Shown in pieces: positions 36,077 to 44,528 of a stretch of 64,000 nt of DNA (the first letter of the stretch is position 1; the number at the start of each line of letters is the position of its first letter). The translations under genes were made by a program, and so were the position numbers. The stretch is from Candidatus Rifleibacterium amylolyticum (GTDB lineage: Bacteria; Muiribacteriota; Ozemobacteria; Ozemobacterales; Ozemobacteraceae), in contig JAACJG010000001.1 in assembly GCA_009917695.1 (NCBI GenBank), forward strand, positions 143,219 through 207,218, written 5' to 3'. The notes below the pieces were generated by a model. The model was not told the DNA's origin. It searched no databases and saw only the letters and a program-made list of their open reading frames with translations.

Positions 36077-38296
36077 ATGAGAACAAGATTTTCTGGGGAA
36101 GACCTCAACAGCCTGAGTCGGGAAGAGTTGTACGAACTCGCGCAAAAACTGGAGCTGAAGGTACGCAAAAACAGCTCACGTGAAAAGCTTGTCGAAGCCC
36201 TGCTGCCGCATGCGCAGGAGCCTTCCGCCAAAAAGGCTTCTCCCAGAAAGACTGTAGTCGCAAAACCGGCTTCGGCAGCTGAAAAAAAGTCTGCTACAAA
36301 AGCAACTGCCAAGACTAAAGCCGCTGCAGCCAAAAAAACTGAAGACACAGAAAAAAAAGCAGGCGCCGCCAAATCGACTGCCGCCAGAAAAGTTGTTAAA
36401 ACCGAGAAATCCCCTGCATCCAGGAAACCTGCAATCTCTGACAAATCTACTCCGGCCGGAGAATCAGATAAATCTGAAAAAGCTGCGGGTGCAAAAAAAT
36501 CAGCAGCTCCGAAAAAATCTGCAGAAGCTAAAGTTACCACCGCTCAAAAAAGTGGCGCTGCAAAAACAGCTGTGGCAAAAGCCTCTGATCGAGATCGCGA
36601 AGCTGTCTCTCCGGTAAAAAAACGAGGCCGACCAGCCAAAGCTGAGAATAAAGCCGTTATTGCCGAAGAGAAGACAGTTGCTAAAAGAACTACCAGAAAA
36701 TCTGCTGCAGAAAAATCAGTTGAAGAGAATACACCGGTCAGAGCGCCACGTGGTCGGCCTGCGAAGGGTGATGCAAAAGCCTCGACAAAATTGAGCGCTC
36801 CTGAGAAAAAAAGTTCAGCAAAAGCTCCCAGAAAAGCTGTAGAGCCAGCCAGAAAAACATCAGAAAAAAAGCCGGATAAATCTGAAAAAAATAAAGAAGC
36901 GTTGGCAAAGTCAGCGCAAGACAAGGCAGTTGCCGCTGAAACGCCCGTTTCCAGAAAACGCGGTCGCCCAGCTAAAAGCGCTGTTGCAGCAAAGTCTAAG
37001 CCGGAGCAGGAACTGATAGAAGAAAAGTCAGATGTTTCTGCCTGTGATGTTTCAGAAGCAGCAGTAAAAGGGCTTACCCGTGGATTCGCTAAAAAGTCCG
37101 AAGATTCTTCCCAGACTCCCAGAAGTAAAAAGGGTGCTGAGGTGTTCAAAGATGGTGTGGCAGTGCCGGTTGAATCTGCAGATGCGCAGAAAATAGCTTC
37201 GCCGGCTGCCGATAAAATCGAGCGCGAGCGCGCAAAACGTTATTCTTCGCTGAAAACAACAATGGAAGTGCCGATTTTCCAGGCGGTAGCGCCGATTGAA
37301 GCGGCATCTACCATAAGCGAAGAAGAACTGACCGGTGAATTGCCGCAGGAATACGGTGAAACCCGCATTGTACTCCAGATTCGTGATCCGCACTGGGCCT
37401 ACGCGTATTGGGAAGTCCCACGAGTCGAGCTCAAGCGCATTGAACTCGAAGTTGGCATTTTTGAGTTTGCCCATTCACATTTTGTTCTTCGTCTGCATAA
37501 CGTTTCAGAGGGCTTTTCACAGGAGATAAAACTCAGCGAACATGCCCGTAACTGGTATATATACCTGGAAAATCCGCAGACTGTTTATCAGGTAGAGCTC
37601 GGTATGCAGAGCCCGTCTGAAGGCTATACTTTTATCGCCCTTTCGAATCTGGTGCAGACGCCGCCCGACCGCGTTGCCGAAAACTGGGCTGCGCCAGTTG
37701 TTTATGAGCCCGAGTCTTTACCAGAACCAGTCGAACGGCTCGGCGGTCATGAAATTCTCGAATCACCGCCGCAGGCTCCAGGAATCCCTCAAATAACAGA
37801 ACCGGCGCAAGTCTATTTTATCAGTGTTTCCGGCGATCCGGTTCCACATCCAGGTTCTTCCGATCTTCTGGCCGGTCAGCGCTTGCAACCTCTCGAACAG
37901 CCTTCTGCTGAAGCGCCTTTTGCTATGCCTGGCTCCTTAAATATGCCCGGCTCTTTTGTCATGCCAGGTTCACTCAATATGCCAACTTCTTTCGCGCCCA
38001 CCTCATCTGACTGGACCTCACCGGGCGCCGACAGTTTTGGAGCCCGACCGACCGTAGCAGATGAAGACGACATCTTTCTCATGGCCGCGGTCGAAGTAAT
38101 AGTATATGGCCGGGTAAAAACTGGCTGTGACCTGACATTCCAGGGGCATCCGCTGCAGGTTCGACCCGATGGTTCTTTCAGTCTGCGCATGGCGTTGCCT
38201 TTTGACAGTGGTCACAGTATCGATCTGGTTGCCACCGATCCTCGCACCGGGAAACAGCGTCTGATCAAAGCGGCCGTCAGTCTAAAAAAATCCTGA
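36077..38296 (+). CDS. DUF4912-like protein with an N-terminal Rho_N/SAP-like helix pair and a 300-aa Lys/Ala-rich histone-H1-like region containing three AT-hook (RGRP) motifs.
   Basis: The N-terminus reads DLNSLSREELYELAQKLELKVRKNSSREKLVEAL. Low-complexity K/A/S/T/E stretches are interrupted by KKRGRPAKA, APRGRPAKG and RKRGRPAKS. The C-terminal 330 aa is globular (IVLQIRDPHWAYAYWEVP...YIYLENPQTVYQVELG...), which I associate with DUF4912, a family commonly encoded next to GH57 genes. The track start is GTG 36071. The ATG at 36077 has GGAG 7 nt upstream. Confidence 0.5.
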   Translation: MRTRFSGEDLNSLSREELYELAQKLELKVRKNSSREKLVEALLPHAQEPSAKKASPRKTVVAKPASAAEKKSATKATAKTKAAAAKKTEDTEKKAGAAKSTAARKVVKTEKSPASRKPAISDKSTPAGESDKSEKAAGAKKSAAPKKSAEAKVTTAQKSGAAKTAVAKASDRDREAVSPVKKRGRPAKAENKAVIAEEKTVAKRTTRKSAAEKSVEENTPVRAPRGRPAKGDAKASTKLSAPEKKSSAKAPRKAVEPARKTSEKKPDKSEKNKEALAKSAQDKAVAAETPVSRKRGRPAKSAVAAKSKPEQELIEEKSDVSACDVSEAAVKGLTRGFAKKSEDSSQTPRSKKGAEVFKDGVAVPVESADAQKIASPAADKIERERAKRYSSLKTTMEVPIFQAVAPIEAASTISEEELTGELPQEYGETRIVLQIRDPHWAYAYWEVPRVELKRIELEVGIFEFAHSHFVLRLHNVSEGFSQEIKLSEHARNWYIYLENPQTVYQVELGMQSPSEGYTFIALSNLVQTPPDRVAENWAAPVVYEPESLPEPVERLGGHEILESPPQAPGIPQITEPAQVYFISVSGDPVPHPGSSDLLAGQRLQPLEQPSAEAPFAMPGSLNMPGSFVMPGSLNMPTSFAPTSSDWTSPGADSFGARPTVADEDDIFLMAAVEVIVYGRVKTGCDLTFQGHPLQVRPDGSFSLRMALPFDSGHSIDLVATDPRTGKQRLIKAAVSLKKS

Positions 38297-38305
38297 TCTA
38301 GCCTG

Positions 38306-39895
38306 ATGAATAACACCACTGGTTACCTTTCACTGATACTGCATGCTCATCTGCCTTTTGTCCGCCATCCTGAACACGCCGACATGATGGAGGAAAGATG
38401 GCTTTTCGAAGCTATCACTGAAACTTATGTGCCCCTGATCGAGGTTTTTGGCAAGCTTTGCGATGATGAGATTGATTTTCGCATCACCATGACGCTGACA
38501 CCGCCTCTGGTGAACATGCTTGCTGACGACCTGCTGATTGCCCGCTATTCACGACACCTCGCTTTACTCGAAGAACTGGCGGAAAAGGAAGTCGAGCGCA
38601 CTCGCTGGATGCCACAGTTTCATGCTTCGGCGCTGATGTACCGCGATAAGTTTCAGCGTATTCGCAAGATTTTCAACTTCTGGCAGGGCAATCTGGTCAA
38701 GGCTTTCAAAAGCTTTCAGGATGCCGGCGTGCTCGAAATCATCACCTGCTGCGCAACCCATGGTTTCCTGCCACTTATCAACGATTTCAGAGAGGCTGTG
38801 CGCGCCCAGATCGATATGGCTGTGCGTGACTATAAAAAGCATTTTGGCCGTCAGCCACGTGGTATCTGGCTGGCAGAGTGTGCCTACAACCCGGGCGATG
38901 ACGAGATCCTCAAGGAATTCGGTCTCGAATATTTTTTTACCGATACCCATGGCATTTTGTTTGCCGACCCGAGACCAACTTATGGGGTATATGCGCCGAT
39001 TGCCTGTCCGTCTGGCGTCGTCGCATTCGGTCGCGATGTCGAGAGCAGTCGACAGGTCTGGTCCGCGCATGAAGGCTATCCCGGCGATCCTGCCTATCGC
39101 GATTTTTATCGAGATATTGGCTTTGACCTTGAATTTGATTATATCAAACCTTACATTCACGAGTCCGGTCATCGATTGAATACTGGTATCAAGTATCATC
39201 GTATTACTTCGCGCGAAATAGAAGACAAAGAGCCTTACAACTATCAGGAAGCAATGGCGAGAGTTGCCGTGCATGCCGGGCATTTTCTCTGGTGCCGCGA
39301 GCGCCAGATCGAATATCTGACCGGCAACATGGAACGTAAGCCAATCGTCGTGTCGCCATACGATGCTGAGCTGTTCGGGCACTGGTGGTATGAGGGGCCG
39401 GATTTCATTCATCTGGTTCTGCGCAAAATTGCGCTCGAAAGTAAGGTCGTCCGACTTGCCACTCCCTCTGATTATCTCGATGAATACCCACGTAATCAGA
39501 AATCTACTCCGTCTTTGTCTTCATGGGGCCACAAAGGCTATAACGAAGTCTGGCTTGATGAGAGCAATGCCTGGATATACCCGCATATGCACAAGGCCTC
39601 TGAACGCATGATCGAGCTGGCAAATTCGTTCCCGGAAGCAGAAGGGCTGCAGTTGCGTGCTCTCAATCAGGCTGCCCGCGAACTCATGCTGCTGCAATCT
39701 TCTGACTGGGCCTTCATCATGAAGACCGGTACTACGGTAGAATACGCGCACAAACGCACTAAAGATCATGTATTCAGATTTACCAGGCTTTATGGTGACA
39801 TCAGAAACGGCAGCATAAACGAGAACTGGCTGCGTGAGGTCGAACGCCGTGACAATATTTTTCCCGAGATGGATTACCGTATTTATCGCAGCTGA
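38306..39895 (+). CDS. Glycoside hydrolase family 57 protein (1,4-alpha-glucan branching enzyme type, DUF1957-containing).
   Basis: The N-terminal catalytic region is characteristic of GH57 (GYLSLILHAHLPFVRHPEHADMMEERWLFEAITETYVPLIEVF...TLTPPLVNMLAD). The 529 aa length is typical for GH57 branching enzymes. Confidence 0.7.
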   Translation: MNNTTGYLSLILHAHLPFVRHPEHADMMEERWLFEAITETYVPLIEVFGKLCDDEIDFRITMTLTPPLVNMLADDLLIARYSRHLALLEELAEKEVERTRWMPQFHASALMYRDKFQRIRKIFNFWQGNLVKAFKSFQDAGVLEIITCCATHGFLPLINDFREAVRAQIDMAVRDYKKHFGRQPRGIWLAECAYNPGDDEILKEFGLEYFFTDTHGILFADPRPTYGVYAPIACPSGVVAFGRDVESSRQVWSAHEGYPGDPAYRDFYRDIGFDLEFDYIKPYIHESGHRLNTGIKYHRITSREIEDKEPYNYQEAMARVAVHAGHFLWCRERQIEYLTGNMERKPIVVSPYDAELFGHWWYEGPDFIHLVLRKIALESKVVRLATPSDYLDEYPRNQKSTPSLSSWGHKGYNEVWLDESNAWIYPHMHKASERMIELANSFPEAEGLQLRALNQAARELMLLQSSDWAFIMKTGTTVEYAHKRTKDHVFRFTRLYGDIRNGSINENWLREVERRDNIFPEMDYRIYRS

Positions 39896-39907
39896 TAGAG
39901 AGGTGTT

Positions 39908-42853
39908 ATGAGCAAGTCAGGTTTTTATGCTGCCATAAAATCAGTTTTTATTGCTTCTTCAAGCTCAAAGGCACAGGAAACTGTGCGAACAGGCCTGATT
40001 TTCGGCTTCATAATTGCATCCTTATCGCTTTTGCTCCTGATGACGGGTGTTTACAACGAAGTCGACACCTATGTTAATACCATGGTCATGCAGATGGCCA
40101 TTGAAGACAAAGAAGAGATGCATCCACGAATATGCATAGTAAAAAAGGATCAGGCTACTTCAGAGCTGCTTGAAAAAAATCCAGATCGTGCCGAGTTTGC
40201 TTCGTTGTTCAGGTTTCTTGGCCAGCCCCAGATAATCCAGCGGCCACATGGCGGAGCCGGAAGAGGCCTTCGTGTGCTTGACATCGGCATTGGTTGTTTC
40301 ACCGACCTCAAGGACCTCCCCTTTAAAACAGGTTATGACGAGTGGGGTTCGTTTGCCGATTTTTCAGATCAGGCTTCGGCTACTCATATCGAGAAATTCG
40401 ATCAGCGCAACTGGCATTCCAGCAGCCGCCGGGTGCGCGATTATTTTAAGGCGAACCCTGATGCAGAAACTTTCTCTGGCTTGATCCAGGTCCGCAGCTA
40501 TCTATGGAACCCGCTTGCCAAAAATGCCTTTACAGCATTGGCTGGTGGTGGCCAGTATCTGGTTCTACCAACTTTGGCTACGCGCTGGGATGATCCTGAG
40601 CTGAAAAAATACCTGCAGAATTTAAGCGACAAAAATAACAGTACGGACAATGCGCCGCCTGCAGGCATTGCTGAAAGTATCGAGCTGCTTAACCGTTGGC
40701 AGAATCTATTTGACAATCTAAATCGCATCGATGTTGATCTTCACATTGTGATGTTTGAAAAGCCTGGAGTTTTGCTCAGCATTTCTCTGGACCTGGTGGT
40801 TGACCCGCCAACTCCAGAGTATATTATCGAGCCTGCTTCTGTTATTGGCTTCGACTTTGTCCTCCAGGGCGAGAAGTCTGACGCCGTAGACAATGCACTG
40901 GTTGCTGCGATTGAATCAACTGAAAGTCAGGTGGTTCTGGCGGCTCATACCGCACTGGAAGAAGATGCGAGAGATTATTCGCAGGAAAGCAAAACTGGTG
41001 ATGACGCCTTTGCCCTTGGTAGAAAAGCTTCTGCGGTTATGCGCCATATCATGCCACATGAGAAGTTTATCAAAGGCAACGCCATGACGGCTGTCATCGA
41101 CATTGCACTTGGCAGCAAGAGCTTTGTCACCATGGTGCCGATGTTTATTGCCAATCATCAGGAAAAACGGCTTATACCTTCATTCAGTCTCAAGATTGCG
41201 ATGCTCGAACTCGACCGATGTCACCCAGAGCTCAAGCCATCTTATAGCGAAGAGATGAACAGAGTACTCGCGGCGATATATGACGACGTTGCTTCAGGCA
41301 AGTTTCGTGGACCTCTGACAATTCACGATCGCAGTATCCCGGTTGACAGTCGTGGCATGATGCTTATTGACTTCTACGGTTCTACTTCTGTCGGTCGCTA
41401 CAGATGGCCCCGCATCGGATCAGTTTCTCTGTATGAATGTCTGGATGAGAAAACACTCAGACGCCTGTTAAAGAAGATGCCCGAGAAAAACGAGCTCGAT
41501 CCAATCAAGGCGCATTCCAGAACTCTTTACGGAGGCATGAACAGCTTCAATAAATCTGAACGTATAATGCTGGTCGGCCCTTTTGAAATCACCGATTTCG
41601 ACTATTTCCCGACTCCCATGGAGCTGTATACCCCCTATAGAGCGCAGAAAGAACAGTTGATGGGTATTGAAATTCATGCCAACGCCATCATCAATATCCT
41701 TGATAAGCTTTATATAAAACATCCAAATGGTTATCACACGGCTTTTGCTCTCTTCGTATCCTGTATTCTTCTCGGTTTCATTCTCGACATTCTGACGCCA
41801 GTCGCCGGCTTCTTTCTTGTCGTTGCTTTCATGGGCGGCGCTTTCTGGCATTCATTCAACTCCTATCATTATGCGCGCCAGATGTTTAACAGCTCGGCTC
41901 TGCTGTTCAGCTACCCGGCCATCTGGGCGATCGCGACCCTGACCAACTACGTGCGCCAGCGCGCCCGCGCCCAGAAGACCAAAGACATGTTTTCGCGCTT
42001 CGTCGCGGCTGACGTCGTGCAATACATGCTCGACAACCCCGACATGGTTAAGCCGGGCGGAGAAAAGGTCGAGTTGACCATTTTCTTCTCTGACGTCGCC
42101 GGTTTTACTTCGATTTCTGAGGCTCTGACCCCTGAAGAACTCGTCGTTCTTCTTAATGAATATCTCGGCGCCATGACCGATCTGCTCTTCGAATACGGGG
42201 GCACCCTCGACAAATTCATCGGCGACGCAGTAATGGCCTTCTGGAACTTTCCGCGCAAACAGGAAGATCACGCGGTTCGCGCTTGTCTATGTGCTCTGGC
42301 CATGCAGCGCAAGATCAACGAGCTGCAGATCGGCTGGGCGGAAAGAGGCCTGCCGCGGGTTTCTGCACGTGCCGGCCTGAATACGGCAAACGTGGTTGTC
42401 GGCTATATGGGTTCTTCAAAGGCGCAGATGAACTTCACCTGTATGGGCGATGGCGTCAATCTCGCCTCCCGTCTTGAAGGCGCCAACAAAGAATACGGCA
42501 CGGCAATGATGGTGAGTGACGCTACTTTCCAGAGGGCAAAACATGCGGTTGTCGGCCGATTTCTCGATTTTCTTGCCGTCAAAGGAAAAAAGGAACCGGT
42601 CAAGGTGCACGAGCTTGTTTGCGAAGTCGGCAAAGAACCGCCGGGCTGGAACGAGCTGATCGAACTTTACAATCGCGCGATTCAGCTGCATCTCGAACGC
42701 AAATGGGATGAAGCCATCGCGACCTTCGAACAGATTCTCGCGCGCTGGCCGGATGATGGGCCCAGTCGCACCTATATTGCGCGCTGCAACGAGTACAAAG
42801 AGAACCCGCCCCCCGAAGGATGGGACGGCAGGTATATCCTTACCCACAAATAA
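39908..42853 (+). CDS. CHASE2-sensor class III adenylate/guanylate cyclase with a C-terminal TPR-like segment.
   Basis: An N-terminal TM is followed by a large extracytoplasmic CHASE2-like domain. Three TM helices span residues about 600-680. The CYC catalytic core reads VELTIFFSDVAGFTSISEALTPEELVVLLNEYLGAMTDLLFEYGGTLDKFIGDAVMAFWNFP...GLNTANVVVGYMGS...NFTCMGDGVNLASRLE. Confidence 0.8.
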   Translation: MSKSGFYAAIKSVFIASSSSKAQETVRTGLIFGFIIASLSLLLLMTGVYNEVDTYVNTMVMQMAIEDKEEMHPRICIVKKDQATSELLEKNPDRAEFASLFRFLGQPQIIQRPHGGAGRGLRVLDIGIGCFTDLKDLPFKTGYDEWGSFADFSDQASATHIEKFDQRNWHSSSRRVRDYFKANPDAETFSGLIQVRSYLWNPLAKNAFTALAGGGQYLVLPTLATRWDDPELKKYLQNLSDKNNSTDNAPPAGIAESIELLNRWQNLFDNLNRIDVDLHIVMFEKPGVLLSISLDLVVDPPTPEYIIEPASVIGFDFVLQGEKSDAVDNALVAAIESTESQVVLAAHTALEEDARDYSQESKTGDDAFALGRKASAVMRHIMPHEKFIKGNAMTAVIDIALGSKSFVTMVPMFIANHQEKRLIPSFSLKIAMLELDRCHPELKPSYSEEMNRVLAAIYDDVASGKFRGPLTIHDRSIPVDSRGMMLIDFYGSTSVGRYRWPRIGSVSLYECLDEKTLRRLLKKMPEKNELDPIKAHSRTLYGGMNSFNKSERIMLVGPFEITDFDYFPTPMELYTPYRAQKEQLMGIEIHANAIINILDKLYIKHPNGYHTAFALFVSCILLGFILDILTPVAGFFLVVAFMGGAFWHSFNSYHYARQMFNSSALLFSYPAIWAIATLTNYVRQRARAQKTKDMFSRFVAADVVQYMLDNPDMVKPGGEKVELTIFFSDVAGFTSISEALTPEELVVLLNEYLGAMTDLLFEYGGTLDKFIGDAVMAFWNFPRKQEDHAVRACLCALAMQRKINELQIGWAERGLPRVSARAGLNTANVVVGYMGSSKAQMNFTCMGDGVNLASRLEGANKEYGTAMMVSDATFQRAKHAVVGRFLDFLAVKGKKEPVKVHELVCEVGKEPPGWNELIELYNRAIQLHLERKWDEAIATFEQILARWPDDGPSRTYIARCNEYKENPPPEGWDGRYILTHK

Positions 42854-43103
42854 CTTCTTCTCCAAATCTTAATCGGTATCGTGTTCGGGTTCGGTATCGA
42901 TGTCCTTCCTCTCTTGTCATCACTCTTACTTTCTCTTTTACTCACTTACCCACTTTCTCGTTAGCGCATCGATTTTTATCGGGTCCCGTCAGCATGCCCG
43001 CGTCAAATTGTTAAAAAAAATGGTGCTTAATGACAGTGAATTGTGATAATTATTGTTTGACCGCCGTTCTGGACAAAACAGTCATACACAACTCAGGAAC
43101 AGA

Positions 43104-44324
43104 ATGAAACCAGAATTCGATTATCACAGATTTATTGACAACGCCATGGTCGTAGAAACTGCCGAGCAGTTTGAAGCATTCTTCAGGCGCGCCGAAGGCA
43201 GTGATATAATAGCGGTTGATATAGAGTCCGCCGGTTTTTATCGATATTATTCCCGGGTCAACCTGATCCAGATCGCAACAAGAACCGAAGCGGCCATAAT
43301 TGATCCGCAGAAAATCAAAGATTTTTCCAGCTTTCAGAAATTCGCCAGAGACAGCCGCTGTATATGGGTTTTTCATGGCGGCGACTATGATATTTCGATG
43401 CTGGCGCGCGACCTTGATATTTATATTCCGCGCATGTTCGACACCCGCAAAGCCGCTGAGTTTCTTGGCCAGCGCGAGCTTGGGCTCAGAGCGTTGACTG
43501 AAAAATATCTTGGATTCACCCTTGATAAACGTTTGCAGCGCTGCGACTGGTCGCGACGTCCATTGACGCCGGCAATGAAAGAATATGGCCTGCTCGACGC
43601 CGTATGTCTTGTGCCCATCTTCGATTTTATGGTCCGTGAACTCGATGACCTCGGCCGTCTCGACTGGGTAATGCAGGAATGTGAATATATTGCTCGTGAC
43701 GCAAGAGAAGCGCCGGCGCCGACAAGAAATCCCTATGCTTTTCGTATAAAGGGCTCTTCTCGACTGTCACCCCGTTCTTTGGCTGTCCTGCGCTCAGTCT
43801 GGGAACTCCGCGAAAAAATCGCCGAGCGCCAGGATCGGGCTGCTTTCATGCTTCTCAGCAATCAGGCGTTGCTTGAGATTGCCCGTCAGATTCCGCGTAC
43901 GGTGTCAGGGCTTTCTGTAATCAAACATATCGGTCGCGATTTCTTGAACCGGTATGGTCAGGAATTGCAGGCTGCAATCCGGGAGGGGATAGAATCAGAT
44001 CTCACCGATCTTGAACCTCCGCCCCGGCCGCGAGAACGTCATGAACTGCTCAACGCCTGGGAGGGTGAAATTGCCAAGGCATTGCGCGAGATACGCGATG
44101 AAATGGCCAATCGCCTGCAGATCCCGGCATCGGTGCTGGCGCCGTCACATGCTTTGTATGACCTTGCCAAACAGCGACCCGAAACCATGGGACAGCTGGT
44201 TCAGAGCGAAATACTGCACGACTGGCAGGCAAGGCAGCTGGGCGATGATTTTCTCGCTGTTTTACAGCAGGAGCCACCGCAAAAAATGCGCAAAGGCAGG
44301 CGCAGACGCCGTCGTCGCATTTGA
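43104..44324 (+). CDS. rnd: Ribonuclease D (DEDDy 3'-5' exonuclease plus HRDC domain).
   Basis: The Exo I motif is present (IIAVDIESAGFYRYYSRVNLIQIAT). The HRDC-like region reads SPRSLAVLRSVWELREKIAERQDRAAFMLLSNQALLEIARQIPRT. The track ORF starts at TTG 43053. The ATG at 43104 has AGGA 5 nt upstream. The Arg-rich tail reads KGRRRRRRRI. Confidence 0.7.
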   Translation: MKPEFDYHRFIDNAMVVETAEQFEAFFRRAEGSDIIAVDIESAGFYRYYSRVNLIQIATRTEAAIIDPQKIKDFSSFQKFARDSRCIWVFHGGDYDISMLARDLDIYIPRMFDTRKAAEFLGQRELGLRALTEKYLGFTLDKRLQRCDWSRRPLTPAMKEYGLLDAVCLVPIFDFMVRELDDLGRLDWVMQECEYIARDAREAPAPTRNPYAFRIKGSSRLSPRSLAVLRSVWELREKIAERQDRAAFMLLSNQALLEIARQIPRTVSGLSVIKHIGRDFLNRYGQELQAAIREGIESDLTDLEPPPRPRERHELLNAWEGEIAKALREIRDEMANRLQIPASVLAPSHALYDLAKQRPETMGQLVQSEILHDWQARQLGDDFLAVLQQEPPQKMRKGRRRRRRRI

Positions 44325-44450
44325 CACTATTTGCGTTACAAATAGTATGTGGGGCGATCATCTCGTATTAGCGGCTAATTATGAAGCACTGTTGAGACGG
44401 TGAACTTTTTGGGCAGGCAGTTACAAAACTCATTTTTTTTTGAGAAACTA

Positions 44451-44479
44451 TTGCGCCACGGTGTACCAATCCGTATAAT
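44451..44479 (+). promoter_or_regulatory. Candidate sigma-70 promoter for the C25 peptidase gene.
   Basis: The -35 element TTGCGC is followed by a 17-nt spacer and a perfect -10 element TATAAT (44474..79), about 50 nt upstream of the TTG start. AGGAGG lies 7 nt from the TTG at 44529. Confidence 0.35.
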
Positions 44480-44528
44480 CAAAATACTAAGCTTTTATAA
44501 GTATGACAAGTAATTAGGAGGAAAGAGC

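Noticed and set aside
36055-37474. Minus-strand ORFs 36055..36540, 36544..37149 and 37052..37474 are rich in A/S/F.
   Set aside because: They are antisense to the Lys/Ala-rich low-complexity region of the DUF4912 gene. Low-complexity coding DNA generates long spurious antisense ORFs.
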